Source: an uncultured Gemmatimonadales bacterium
GTDB lineage: Bacteria; Gemmatimonadota; Gemmatimonadetes; Longimicrobiales; Gaopeijiaceae
DNA: 64,000 bases
Direction: 5' to 3'
NCBI GenBank assembly: GCA_963809895.1
Contig: CAWELD010000003.1
Coordinates: forward strand, 640,001 to 704,000
The notes beneath the pieces were generated by a model. The model did no database searches. It was not told the DNA's origin and saw nothing but the letters and a program-made list of their open reading frames with translations. A program made the position numbers and the translations under genes. The stretch's first letter is position 1; each line of letters starts with the position of its first letter. Shown piece by piece: positions 12,772 to 21,806 of the stretch.

Positions 12772-12795
12772 TTCAGACCCCTGTTAGAACGCTTG
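12772..12795 (-). other. Truncated attC (R'' half) of the TA cassette, cut by IS3
   Basis: Minus-strand CAAGCGTTCTAAC is a 12/13 complement of GTTAGCACGCTTG at the other cassette end (13410-13422). Confidence 0.6.
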
Positions 12796-12821
12796 CGCCG
12801 GTGGTTATACCGAAGTATACT
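12793..12821 (+). promoter_or_regulatory. TA operon promoter/operator, probably giving leaderless mRNA
   Basis: TTGCGC, 17 nt, TATACT ending 7 nt before the ATG at 12828; overlapping GGTTATACC and GTATAC palindromes. Confidence 0.6.
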
Positions 12822-12827
12822 CATGGT

Positions 12828-13064
12828 ATGAAGACAGCGATCTCCCTTCCAGACGACCTCTTTGAGTCGGCCGAGGCCCTTGCCGACCGACTCGGCATGT
12901 CCCGGAGTCAGCTCTACGCTCGCGCGGTTGAAGAGTACTTGGCCAAGCACCGAGACCAGGACGTCACTGCACGGCTCAACGACGTGTTCGGTGATGAGGA
13001 CAGCGGACTCGACCCGCTCCTTCGCCGCGCCCAGGCTCGCTCCCTCAGGTCCAACGAGTGGTAG
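12828..13064 (+). CDS. Ribbon-helix-helix antitoxin (ChpI/MazE-like)
   Basis: MKTAISLPDDLFESAEALADRLGMSRSQLYARAVEEYL; overlaps the toxin start. Confidence 0.88.
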   Translation: MKTAISLPDDLFESAEALADRLGMSRSQLYARAVEEYLAKHRDQDVTARLNDVFGDEDSGLDPLLRRAQARSLRSNEW

Positions 13065-13402
13065 TTCAGCGCCGCGAGATTTGGTGGGCAGAGTTGGACG
13101 ACCCCCGAGGGTCCGAGCCGGGATTTCGCCGCCCCGTGCTCGTCGTTCAGGCCGACGCGTTCAACCGAAGTAGGCTTCGCACAGTGCTGTGTGTGGTGCT
13201 CACTTCGAACGCTAGGCTCCTCGATGCCCCCGGGAACGTCCTGTTACCTGCGTCGGCCACGGGTTTGTCGAAGGACTCGGTCGTAAACGTCACGCAGGTG
13301 GTAACGCTAGATGAGGACTACCTTACGGAGCGTGTCGGCCGTGTCACGCGCAAGCGGATGGCCCGTGTAGACGCTGGGCTGCGCCTGGTGTTGGATGTCT
13401 AG
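13058..13402 (+). CDS. PemK/MazF-family endoribonuclease toxin
   Basis: GSEPGFRRPVLVVQ, LTSN, GLSKDSVVNVTQV. Confidence 0.92.
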   Translation: MVVQRREIWWAELDDPRGSEPGFRRPVLVVQADAFNRSRLRTVLCVVLTSNARLLDAPGNVLLPASATGLSKDSVVNVTQVVTLDEDYLTERVGRVTRKRMARVDAGLRLVLDV

Positions 13403-13414
13403 GTCCGATCAAGC

Positions 13415-13521
13415 GTGCTAACGACTTTGCGATTCTGCTGCGTGCCGCATGATGTCGATCGCGCGCCTCGCGCGCGACCCTTTCGATCGTTAAGCACGCA
13501 GCAGGAATCGCTGGTTAGCAC
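13415..13521 (-). other. Integron attC recombination site
   Basis: Minus strand GTGCTAAC..GCGATTCCTGCTGCGTGC....GCACGCAGCAGAATCGC..GTTAGCAC: complementary R boxes, long imperfect palindrome with one unpaired base, about 18 nt after the stop at 13540. Confidence 0.85.
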
Positions 13522-13539
13522 TCTGCGCAGCTCACCAGT

Positions 13540-14745
13540 CTACCCACCGATAATCCTATAAACTCGCACACGTTCGAGCCCTACTGCATCGACCTCGATG
13601 CCGGCAATCAGCGAACCGTCGACATCTTCCAGCTGGAATCCATCAGGGACCGTCAGGCGTCCTATCGGCATCCCGCCAGCCGTGAAAATCCACCAAGTGC
13701 CGCCGTAGTTGCGCGTGAACCCGGGGCCACTTTCTCGGATCCACGGCGAGTCCGTTTCAGGACGATACTCCCGTGCCCAGATTCGACCTCTATCATCGAC
13801 CAAGAGCCCCATGAAGGCTGGGATCCGCTTCACGTCCGGAACTGGGCCGGCGCGAATGGATCGATCTCCTCCCACACGCGCAGAATCGAGTAGCCGCAAC
13901 GCCTCGGAGGGGGATAGCCTAGGCATGTCCAGTTGGATCTCTCGCACGAACGAGCCGTTCTCGGTATAGAGCTGGACCTTGGAGTCCAGGCTCAGGCCAA
14001 TGTAGAACGTATCTGAAGCAACCAGGCCTCGAGGCTTTGGAGACAGGGGATGCCTCGCCGCGCCACCCCCCGGATTCGATACGGATGTCGTCTCTGGACG
14101 ATAGAACATGGCCCCATCCGTCTCAGCCAGCTGCCCACCGGGTACACCCTCGGGAGTGATGAGGTTGTGCGGCATCCTTCCGATACCAATGCCGTCCTGG
14201 AACGTCTCTGGATACGCAAGCCTGGAAACGACGAAGCTCCCATCCGAGAACCCTCCCTCGAACATATCGCCACCTCCCTCGCCGGGAGTGAGGTGCCGAT
14301 CATCGATGAGCTCCCCATCCAAGTGGAAGAGGGACAATCGTTCAGAGTTCAGGTCGAGCACCGCGACGGAGTCTGGTGCTCGGAGCCAGGCCGCCCAGAT
14401 GGCACTGAACTCTCCTGGGCCCTGGCCCTCCGCGCCAAATCGCGAGCGCAACTCACCACTGAGGCCATAGACTCGGACCGAGTAGCTCCCTCCGTCCGCC
14501 ACGAGGACCGCATCACCGTCAAGCAACTCGACGTCGCGAACCGCCGAGAGCAGTTGGTCTTCAGACCCCTCCAACTGCCCAATCGATAGAATCGGAGTGG
14601 GATCAAGAGCCCACCGGGCTGGGGCCGCCCCTCGATCTGAGATCGCCCCATCTCCACGGCAGGCTCCGAACGTCGCCAGACCCGTGAGGACACAGAATGT
14701 CGCCAGAGGCGAGGTTCGTCTGTTTGCTCGGGCCTGGATGCCCAT
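13540..14745 (-). CDS. 6-bladed beta-propeller lipoprotein (integron cassette gene)
   Basis: Lipobox-like TFGAC; FGAEGQGPGEF, VDDRGRIW, DAVGLERVRVY. Confidence 0.75.
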   Translation of the reverse strand: MGIQARANRRTSPLATFCVLTGLATFGACRGDGAISDRGAAPARWALDPTPILSIGQLEGSEDQLLSAVRDVELLDGDAVLVADGGSYSVRVYGLSGELRSRFGAEGQGPGEFSAIWAAWLRAPDSVAVLDLNSERLSLFHLDGELIDDRHLTPGEGGGDMFEGGFSDGSFVVSRLAYPETFQDGIGIGRMPHNLITPEGVPGGQLAETDGAMFYRPETTSVSNPGGGAARHPLSPKPRGLVASDTFYIGLSLDSKVQLYTENGSFVREIQLDMPRLSPSEALRLLDSARVGGDRSIRAGPVPDVKRIPAFMGLLVDDRGRIWAREYRPETDSPWIRESGPGFTRNYGGTWWIFTAGGMPIGRLTVPDGFQLEDVDGSLIAGIEVDAVGLERVRVYRIIGG

Positions 14746-14758
14746 GCCTTCAACCAGG

Positions 14759-14790
14759 GTGCTAACGGGTTAGGAGATAACACAGTGACC
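14759..14790 (-). other. GTTAGCAC core site in front of the first cassette, attI-like
   Basis: Minus strand TGTTATCTCCTAACCCGTTAGCACCCTG; 11/12 complement of the cassette R'' region CAGAGTGCTAAC; no upstream palindromic partner seen. Confidence 0.5.
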
Positions 14791-14878
14791 CGCTTCCATG
14801 CCGGTAACTCGGGAAACCTCGCAACACAACTTGCTTCCTGTCCGCCTCAGTCTGCGCATCCCTTACCGGATCAAGGAT

Positions 14879-15877
14879 CTAGGGGCTCTCGCAGAGTGTG
14901 GGGATCTCCCGCCTGCCGAAGTGGGCCGTGAGTCCATGGAGAAACTTGGCGCCGAGCCTTGGAATGGGCGCGCCGTCTTCGCCGGCCGCTGTGATCTGAT
15001 CCAACTTGAGATCGTCTGGCCGCCCCGTCCGGAGATCATAGCTGCAACTCCCTTCGATGGCCATCTTCGCCGAGCGATCCTCTTCAAGATCCACTCGATA
15101 CACGAGAAGGAAGTCCACGGCGAGCACTGAGGGCATTTCAGTGAGAAACAACTGGACCTCGGAGCGGAGGACCGGGCCTAGGAGGCCTCCCTCCCTCTCC
15201 GCACGCTGCTTCACGGGAGGGGTGACCAATCCAATCACAGCCTGCACTAGAGGAGCTTCCTCGACCGATGGCAGATCCTGCTGAATGACAGAAAGGAATG
15301 AGTCCGCGCCCCAATGGACATGAATCTCGGTCGCCCGCGCTGCCAGTTCTTCTTTCAGATTCAGCGCAAGACCCTTGGACGGATTCCGCTCATCGAAAAA
15401 ACCCTTGTCGCGTGTGATAAAGTGGACCGGGCCGCGCGATGCCGCTTCCATTGCAGCTTCCCAGATTGCTGAGTCCTTGAACTGTTGGTTCTTTGTCCCG
15501 TTGGGGGGCGAACCTTCTATGACGCGGCTGAGCGCGCCCCGCGCGTGGTCAAGCGTGAATGGCAAGCGTACAAGTCTGTCGTCAAGCTCGTTAAATCGTT
15601 CGACGACTGCGGCAGAATAGTCCTCCGGGGTGGGTATTCGATAGTCATCCCGCCGTCCCGCCAGCATCTTGATCTGCCTATAAGTAGCCTCTATCTGCTG
15701 GTCGGCTTCGATACCAAACCTGAGAACGTGCTTCAGAACCTCCCTCTCCACCACCTCGGGAAGCAAGAGATTGGCGTCCATCTGTTCTACGGCGAACAGT
15801 AAAGCGGCGCCAATAGGACTCCGCATCAGCCAAGTGTCGCCCAGCCATATGTTCGTATCGGGGAGGATGCTGTTCAT
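14879..15877 (-). CDS. PIN-like domain protein (DUF4935-like)
   Basis: ILPDTNIW, PEVVERE, FKDSAIWEA, FITRDKGF. Confidence 0.75.
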   Translation of the reverse strand: MNSILPDTNIWLGDTWLMRSPIGAALLFAVEQMDANLLLPEVVEREVLKHVLRFGIEADQQIEATYRQIKMLAGRRDDYRIPTPEDYSAAVVERFNELDDRLVRLPFTLDHARGALSRVIEGSPPNGTKNQQFKDSAIWEAAMEAASRGPVHFITRDKGFFDERNPSKGLALNLKEELAARATEIHVHWGADSFLSVIQQDLPSVEEAPLVQAVIGLVTPPVKQRAEREGGLLGPVLRSEVQLFLTEMPSVLAVDFLLVYRVDLEEDRSAKMAIEGSCSYDLRTGRPDDLKLDQITAAGEDGAPIPRLGAKFLHGLTAHFGRREIPTLCESP

Positions 15878-15911
15878 GACTGGAAGGTGGCGACCGAAAA
15901 ACCCCGCTGGG

Positions 15912-16247
15912 TCATCGAGAACTACTGAGAGCGCCCTCAAACCACTTGAGGATCTTCTTCACCACGTCCGCGCAGAAGCCTTCTCCGAAGTACCTAAACT
16001 GCCCTCTCCGAAGTGGGTTCTTCCCTGGTTCATCGCCTAGGCCAACTACGGCAATTGGAATTCCAGAGGCGGGGCGATCAACCAGCAACTCGTTGATATA
16101 AGGGTCACGAAATGCGAACCCCACGAACACGATCGCCTCCGCGAGGCCGAGACAGAGTCTGAAGTACTCATGGAATGTGGCGAACGGCTCGACTGTGGGA
16201 GTGCCCTTGAAACCGGGATAGATTATTGCGTGCTTCTGGTGCGACCC
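15912..16247 (-). pseudogene. C-terminal remnant of a SIR2-like protein, truncated by IS256
   Basis: IIYPGFK..EPF..F...L..AEAIVFVGFAFRDPYIN resembles the SIR2_2 C-terminal G(F/Y)xxxD motif. Confidence 0.6.
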
Positions 16248-17683
16248 GGAGGGTGTCCCAAGTTTAGTTGAAAAGTTGAGTGGCCTCCGACCTCGGGGTA
16301 AGGTGGAGTTGCGAGACAACCACCGAAACCGAGAAGAGGAAGGAGGCCAGCGATGGGAAGGGTGCCACAGCTTGTCGAGCGAGGCAAGAAGGACCGGAGG
16401 ATGGGCGAGCCTCAGGGGGTCGGGTGGGAGGTGATCGAGGCGATGGAGGTGGACGCGCGGATCGAGCTGATCCGGGAGCTGATCCCGCTGGGGCTGGCCG
16501 AGGTCGGACGGATGCTGGACGAGGAGGTGGAACGGCTGGCGGGGCCGAGACACGGGCGCAAAGGCAGTGCCGAGGAACGCTACCGCCATGGGAGCAATCC
16601 CGGGTCGGTGAGGCTGGCGGGTCAGCGGCATCCGGTGCGAGTGCCTCGGGTACGGGGGGCGGAAGGCGAGGTGAGGCTGGCGACGTACGCGGAGCTTCAC
16701 GGCGGGGGGGGCGAGATCGACGATGGGCTGTTCCGGAAGGTGCTGCTCGGCATCAGTTGCCGGGACTACGAGACGGCGGTCGAAGCCGTGCCGGGGGCGA
16801 TCGGGCTGTCCAAGTCCAGCGTGTCGCGGGAGTTCAAGAAGGCCACGACCAAGCAGTTGAAGGCCTTCCAGGAGCGCGACCTCTCGGGGCTCGACGTGGT
16901 AGCGATGTTCCTGGACGGCAAGACGTTCGCCGACGACGAGATGGTCATCGCCTTGGGGGTCACGATGACGGGAGACAAGCACTTCCTGGGCTTCGTGCAG
17001 ACGGCCACGGAGAACGCCCGCACCATCACGGGCTTCCTCCGTTCGCTGGTCGAGCGGGGACTCGACCTGTCGGCCGGCGTCCTGGTGGTGGTCGACGGAG
17101 CGAAGGGGCTCAGGGCGGCGGTCAAGAAGGTGTTCAAGGGCCATGCTCTGATCCAGCGGTGCCAGTGGCACAAGCGCGAGAACGTCGTCTCCTACCTGCC
17201 TCGCGCGGAGCAGAAGGCGTGGCGCGGCAGGCTGCAGCGCGCCTACCAGAGGCCAACCTACGAAGAGGCCAAGCGTGACCTGGCCTCGATCCGACGCGAG
17301 CTCGTTGAGCTGAACCAGTCGGCGGTCGCGAGCCTGGACGAGGGCCTCGAGGAGACGCTGACCCTGCACCGCCTGGGCGTGTTCGCGCTCGTCGGGCGCT
17401 CCCTCAAGACGACCAACGTGCTCGAGTCCGTCAACGCGCAGGCCGAGCAGCGGTGCGGCCGCGTTGACCACTGGAAGAACTCCAACCACAAACAGCGCTG
17501 GCTCGCTGCGGCCCTCCTCGACATCGAACCGAGGCTTCGCAAGCTCCTCGGCCACCGCCACCTGGGCCAGCTCCGAACCGCGATCCAGAAGGACCTCGGG
17601 ATCACCGCTCCCGATAGCGCAGTTCACTCCGCCGCCTGAGACCGAGGGCCACTCGAGTTTCAACTAGCTTTGGGATTGACTCC
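16248..17683 (+). mobile_element. IS256-family insertion sequence
   Basis: IRs GGAGGGTGTCCCAAGTTTAGTTGAAAAGTTGAGTGGCC and GGAGTCAATCCCAAAGCTAGTTGAAACTCGAGTGGCC (rc); flanks not duplicated. Confidence 0.88.
16353..17639 (+). CDS. IS256 (mutator-type) transposase
   Basis: MFLDG, VVVDGAKGL, QRCQWHKREN, TTNVLESVN. Confidence 0.92.
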   Translation: MGRVPQLVERGKKDRRMGEPQGVGWEVIEAMEVDARIELIRELIPLGLAEVGRMLDEEVERLAGPRHGRKGSAEERYRHGSNPGSVRLAGQRHPVRVPRVRGAEGEVRLATYAELHGGGGEIDDGLFRKVLLGISCRDYETAVEAVPGAIGLSKSSVSREFKKATTKQLKAFQERDLSGLDVVAMFLDGKTFADDEMVIALGVTMTGDKHFLGFVQTATENARTITGFLRSLVERGLDLSAGVLVVVDGAKGLRAAVKKVFKGHALIQRCQWHKRENVVSYLPRAEQKAWRGRLQRAYQRPTYEEAKRDLASIRRELVELNQSAVASLDEGLEETLTLHRLGVFALVGRSLKTTNVLESVNAQAEQRCGRVDHWKNSNHKQRWLAAALLDIEPRLRKLLGHRHLGQLRTAIQKDLGITAPDSAVHSAA

Positions 17684-17997
17684 CGCTGCCTGCAGGAGCG
17701 CTGCCCGTCTACGACCGTCGACCGATTACAACTCAGCTGCGTGGGTTCGGCGACTCGATCTTCGGCATGTACCAGAGTGCTCTGATTCATGCTGAAGGTG
17801 AGGGAGGCGCAATCCAAGGCGAGGACCGAGTATGGCGGCTAGTCTCGATCTCGAGAGGCTATGTGGGTACACTCCGCCTCGCATCTGACTTTCAGCCGAT
17901 CAGGACCTCGCATTCACGTCTCATCATGTTGCACAGAGACACTCGAGGAATCGCGACGATCGAAATCTACCGCTTGGTTCCCCCAGTCGGAGAATGA
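17684..17997 (+). pseudogene. C-terminal remnant of a beta-propeller-family gene
   Basis: Open frame from the IS256 end to ..HRDTRGIATIEIYRL, matching the C-terminal motif of the other propellers. Confidence 0.5.
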
Positions 17998-18029
17998 GGC
18001 GACCCGTGCGGGAAGCTCGGAGACGATAA

Positions 18030-18064
18030 CGAGGGCCCCGCGAAACGAGCTCGCGAGGCCCTCG
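18030..18064 (-). terminator. Hairpin downstream of rpsT, putative terminator
   Basis: CGAGGGCCCCGCGA...TCGCGAGGCCCTCG inverted repeat. Confidence 0.5.
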
Positions 18065-18110
18065 CTGCGGTCCGGCGGCACGAGGGCCGGCGGACACTGT
18101 CAGAAGCCGA

Positions 18111-18368
18111 TCAGGCGGACAGCCCGTTGACGTGGCGCTGGAGCTGACTCTTCAGCCGGGCGGCACGATTGGGGTGCATGAGCCGCTTGCCGGCAGCCCG
18201 GTCGATGAGGGCCACGGCCTCGCGCTGCAGCTCGGCGGCCTCGTCGGCCGACGTGGCCTGATGGACCTTCTTCACCGCGGTCCTGAGCGCAGCCCGCTTC
18301 TGCCGGTTGGCGGCGTTCCACTTCCGGCTGAGCTCCATGCGCTTCTTGGCGCTCTTGATATTCGGCAT
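18111..18368 (-). CDS. rpsT: 30S ribosomal protein S20
   Basis: MPNIKSAKKR, LRTAVKK, IDRAAGKRLMHPNRAARLKSQL. Confidence 0.96.
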   Translation of the reverse strand: MPNIKSAKKRMELSRKWNAANRQKRAALRTAVKKVHQATSADEAAELQREAVALIDRAAGKRLMHPNRAARLKSQLQRHVNGLSA

Positions 18369-18427
18369 CTCGTCCTCGTACGGTTCCGGCTTGCTACGTC
18401 GTTTGGCCGCTGCTCGCGGAGCCACAA

Positions 18428-18456
18428 AAGATAACAGCGCGTGGCGAGGGGATCAA
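18428..18456 (-). promoter_or_regulatory. Putative sigma70 promoter of rpsT
   Basis: Minus strand TTGATC, 17 nt, TATCTT. Confidence 0.55.
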
Positions 18457-18770
18457 CGCCCGAGTTGGCCCACCACCGGTCCTGCGGTATGGGGGCGCTC
18501 ACGCATCGCCTGTCCTCCTACCGTCGCCTTGAAGGATGTCTATTGTGCACCGCGCGCCTTTCGATGAGCCGCGTCGGCGCTCTTTCTCGCGCATCCCGCC
18601 CGGATCCGTGCGGAATCCGTCCGGTTCTGTCGCAATTTGTCCGCTTCAGTCGGAATCTGGGAGATCGCGCACCTTACGCGGATGTGGACAGAGGGTGAAT
18701 CCTGTGAATGTCGGCGTTCGCGAGGAGAACGGGATACGGGAGGCCGTCCCGTGCATGGGGCGGGTGACGC

Positions 18771-19091
18771 ATGGCGGAATCGGAGCAGAGATCGGGTAGC
18801 TTCTTCCCGCACCTCGTCGTGCGTCTGGCGGGCCTTTCTGTTGACACCCTCGATGGCCTCAACGCGACCCGGTCCGTCCATGCTGCTGACGCCCTCATCG
18901 AGACCCGGAGTCGCTTGCAGGCTGACGCCGAATCGTTGTCGGCCGCGCTGTTCGAGCGGGTGCCTGGTGAACCGAAGCCTACCCGCCGGCGCTTGCTCCG
19001 CCTGCGCCGTGACCTGTACATTGATAGTGACGTCGTGGCCTACGAGCCACATGTTGCTGGGCGTGGAATGCCGATCTGGTGGTTTGACTGA
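18771..19091 (+). pseudogene. N-terminal remnant of a LanB-type (lantibiotic/thiopeptide) dehydratase
   Basis: PHLVVRLAGLSVDTLDGL...RRRLLRLRRDLY resembles LanB N-termini; ends after about 85 residues of similarity. Confidence 0.5.
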
Positions 19092-20060
19092 GCGCGTCTT
19101 CCAAGAGCCCGCCCGCAGAGGAGGAGGTAGGGGATATGGGTATGGGGGCCTTGCCGAACCTGGTTCCTCGCCGGCGATGGGGATGCCCGTCCGGCCCGGA
19201 GGTTCGCAGGCGAGCGGTGACGCTTGTCGGGGTTGTCATGCCCCTGCTGGCAGCCTGCGGAGGATCGAGCGCGCCCTCCGATCAGGTGTCTGCGGCTTGC
19301 GATAACCCAGGTCGGCTCGTCTTGGATCTGGAGAGCACCACCACCCTGGAAGAGTTCCTCCCGCCGAGGGATATCGAGGTGATGGATGGAGCGGCGGTCT
19401 TGGTGGCACAATCGGGTGCCATCAAGTCGCAGCCCTCGAACGTGATCGCCGTTCCTGGATTGCCTCGATCGGCATTACGTGGCGTCACTAGGACGAGCGG
19501 CGTGATCACGTACACGGATAACACGGCTACCAGGCTAGACAGGGGGGCGAGTACTTGGGAAGCCCTCGGATTTGACCCACCATTGCGGTCTGTTCGCACC
19601 CTCGAGGGGACGGACGAGGGGGGGGACCTCTGGGTCGTTTCTGGTCCGGAAGCCGAACTGATAGTTGGGCGGTACGCGCCCGCAGGCGAGCTTACCTATC
19701 GCATTGCTCATAGGTGGAAGATCCCAGGTGACTGGCGCATCATTCCAGGCATTCGGACTTCCGAGGACGCGATCCTGATCGCCACAAAGCCGCCGTTCGA
19801 TGTGACGTTGCTGAGTCAGGACGGAGTCGAGGATCTCGGGAGCTTGCGGGGTTTGGACGGCGGGTTGGATCGACCGGATTCCTCCTCCACTGTGATCCTT
19901 GCCGGCGCTTTGGCCCTCGATTGCGGCCGACTACTGCTCACGCTGAGTGACCTGCGCTCGACGAGCCGGCGGATCTTGGTGGTTGCCGCCGCCAATCTCA
20001 TGGTCGAACTCGATAAGCGCGTGGATGAACCCATGGCATTCTTCAGCGTGGACCGAGCTA

Positions 20061-21205
20061 GTGTAGCGTTTCTAAAGTTGTTAGCCCACGTTCAGATCTT
20101 CGCGAGAATCTCCTGAGCGGACTTTGTCCAGATGAAGGGTTTCGGGTCTTCGTTGCGATGGTCGAGATAGGCCTCGATGTGGCCGATGAGTTCCGGGACG
20201 CTATTGACGGCGAGGCGCTTGAGCTGGCGTTCGTCGAGCTCCCCGAACAGACGCTCGACGATATTGGCCCACGAGGCGCCCGTGGGTACGAAATGAAACT
20301 GGACCCGGGGATTGCGTTCCAGCCACCTGCGGACCTTCTCGTGCTTGTGCGTGGCGTAGTTGTCGAGGATCACGTGAATCTCCAGATCGGGATCGACGCT
20401 CTTCTCGACCTTCTTCATGAACGTCAGGAACTCCTGATGCCGGTGCCGAGGCATACACTCGTGAAGGACGTGGCCCGTGGCGACGTCGAGGGCGGCGAAC
20501 AGAGTCGTCGTGCCGTGCCGTTTGTAGTCGTGCGTCATCGTTCCCGCACGACCCTTCTTGAGTGGCAGACCGGGCTGGGTACGGTCGAGGGCCTGGATCT
20601 GGCTCTTCTCGTCGAAGCTGAAGACGACGGCGTTGTCAGGAGGATTCAGGTAGACGCCCACCACGTCATGCAGCTTCTCGACCAAACGAGGATCGCGCGA
20701 GAGCTTGAAGCGCCGGATCTGGTGGGGCTTGAGCCCGTACTTCCTCCACACCCTCCAGATGGTCACGTGGTCGAGCCCCATGGCCTCGCCCAGGAGCCGA
20801 CTGCTCCAGTGGGTCGAAACCTCAGGCGGCGGATCCTCCTCGACCGTCTTCCTGACGATCTCCTCCTCGAGCCTACGCGTGACTTTCGGGGGCCGTCCCG
20901 ACCGGGCTCGGTCGCCCTCGATCCCCTTGAGCCCTTCGGCCTCGTAGCGTCGCATCCACAGACGGGCGGTATCTCGGGCGATGCCCAGTGTGGCTCCGAT
21001 GGCGCGACTCGATTCTCCTCGGGAGGCGGCCAGAACGATCTTCGCTCGTTCGACCTGGCGCCTCGGCAACGTGCGGGATCGTGCCCAGGATTCGAGCGTC
21101 CTCCGGTCCCCGCGGCGCAGTCGCAACTTCCTGGTTGCAGTAGCCATGAACACCAATATAGCGCTCCCGGGCATCATGGGATAGATACTTTTGTAACAGT
21201 ACAGC
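20061..21205 (-). mobile_element. IS630-family insertion sequence
   Basis: TA duplication in CTAG context (20059-60 and 21206-07); imperfect IRs GTGTAGCGTTTCTAAAGT and GCTGTACTGTTACAAAAGT (rc). Confidence 0.9.
20092..21177 (-). CDS. IS630 transposase
   Basis: SFDEKSQIQAL, HDYKRHGTTTLFAALDV, ILDNYATHK, SWANIVE. Confidence 0.93.
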   Translation of the reverse strand: MMPGSAILVFMATATRKLRLRRGDRRTLESWARSRTLPRRQVERAKIVLAASRGESSRAIGATLGIARDTARLWMRRYEAEGLKGIEGDRARSGRPPKVTRRLEEEIVRKTVEEDPPPEVSTHWSSRLLGEAMGLDHVTIWRVWRKYGLKPHQIRRFKLSRDPRLVEKLHDVVGVYLNPPDNAVVFSFDEKSQIQALDRTQPGLPLKKGRAGTMTHDYKRHGTTTLFAALDVATGHVLHECMPRHRHQEFLTFMKKVEKSVDPDLEIHVILDNYATHKHEKVRRWLERNPRVQFHFVPTGASWANIVERLFGELDERQLKRLAVNSVPELIGHIEAYLDHRNEDPKPFIWTKSAQEILAKI

Positions 21206-21337
21206 TAGACACCGCGTCTACGCCTATCGTCAGAACGGAGAGCGGGGAGAGGTGCTGACCTATCGATGGAGGTGGGAGCTGAAGACGTAGGACGTGCTCG
21301 TGAAGCATAGTCAGATTCGACCTGCAAGGAGAAGCTC

Positions 21338-21733
21338 ATGAAGACCGTTGCGAAGACCCTGATGGTGGCGTTGGGCTTGGCCCTCGCCTACGTAGCAACT
21401 CCGGAGGCCGCTTCGGCGCAGTGCATTACGCCACAGCACTGCCACAATATCCCGAACGAGTCGGAGCAACAGTGCTTCGACGGCTTGACGTCGTTCTCCT
21501 TCGAAATATGCTACATTGCTGGGGGCATGTGCCAGATGTCTGGAAGGTGTGGCATGGCCTATCTGGACCTGGAAGGCGACGTGAACCTGACGCCCGCAGG
21601 CACGCTGGCCAGCCCGTCGGTCGCGAACGTCCTGGCCGCGTTCTCCGGCGAAGAACTGAAGAACTGTCGTGACTTCGTGATTCTGGTGGCGAAGCGCGAG
21701 ACAGCCGCTCCATCCCAGCTAGTATTAGACTAG
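21338..21733 (+). CDS. Secreted cysteine-rich small protein, possible precursor
   Basis: RBS AAGGAG; signal peptide ending AASA|Q; six Cys in the first ~44 mature residues and a seventh in the tail. Confidence 0.75.
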   Translation: MKTVAKTLMVALGLALAYVATPEAASAQCITPQHCHNIPNESEQQCFDGLTSFSFEICYIAGGMCQMSGRCGMAYLDLEGDVNLTPAGTLASPSVANVLAAFSGEELKNCRDFVILVAKRETAAPSQLVLD

Positions 21734-21806
21734 CGCGGACCCGGTTACCATCTCTCCCCCTCTCCGACGATCGATCATCCGTTCAACCGGCCCCGAGAGA
21801 CGATCC

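Larger units (their letters stand above)
19218..21290 (+). pseudogene. Lipoprotein (divergent propeller-like) interrupted by IS630
   Basis: Lipobox LLAAC; excising the IS at the duplicated TA restores ..FFSVDRARHRVYAYRQNGERGEVLTYRWRWELKT*. Confidence 0.7.

Noticed and set aside
15912..17663. 583-aa minus-strand ORF
   Set aside because: Antisense of the IS256 transposase read into the SIR2 remnant; not a real fusion
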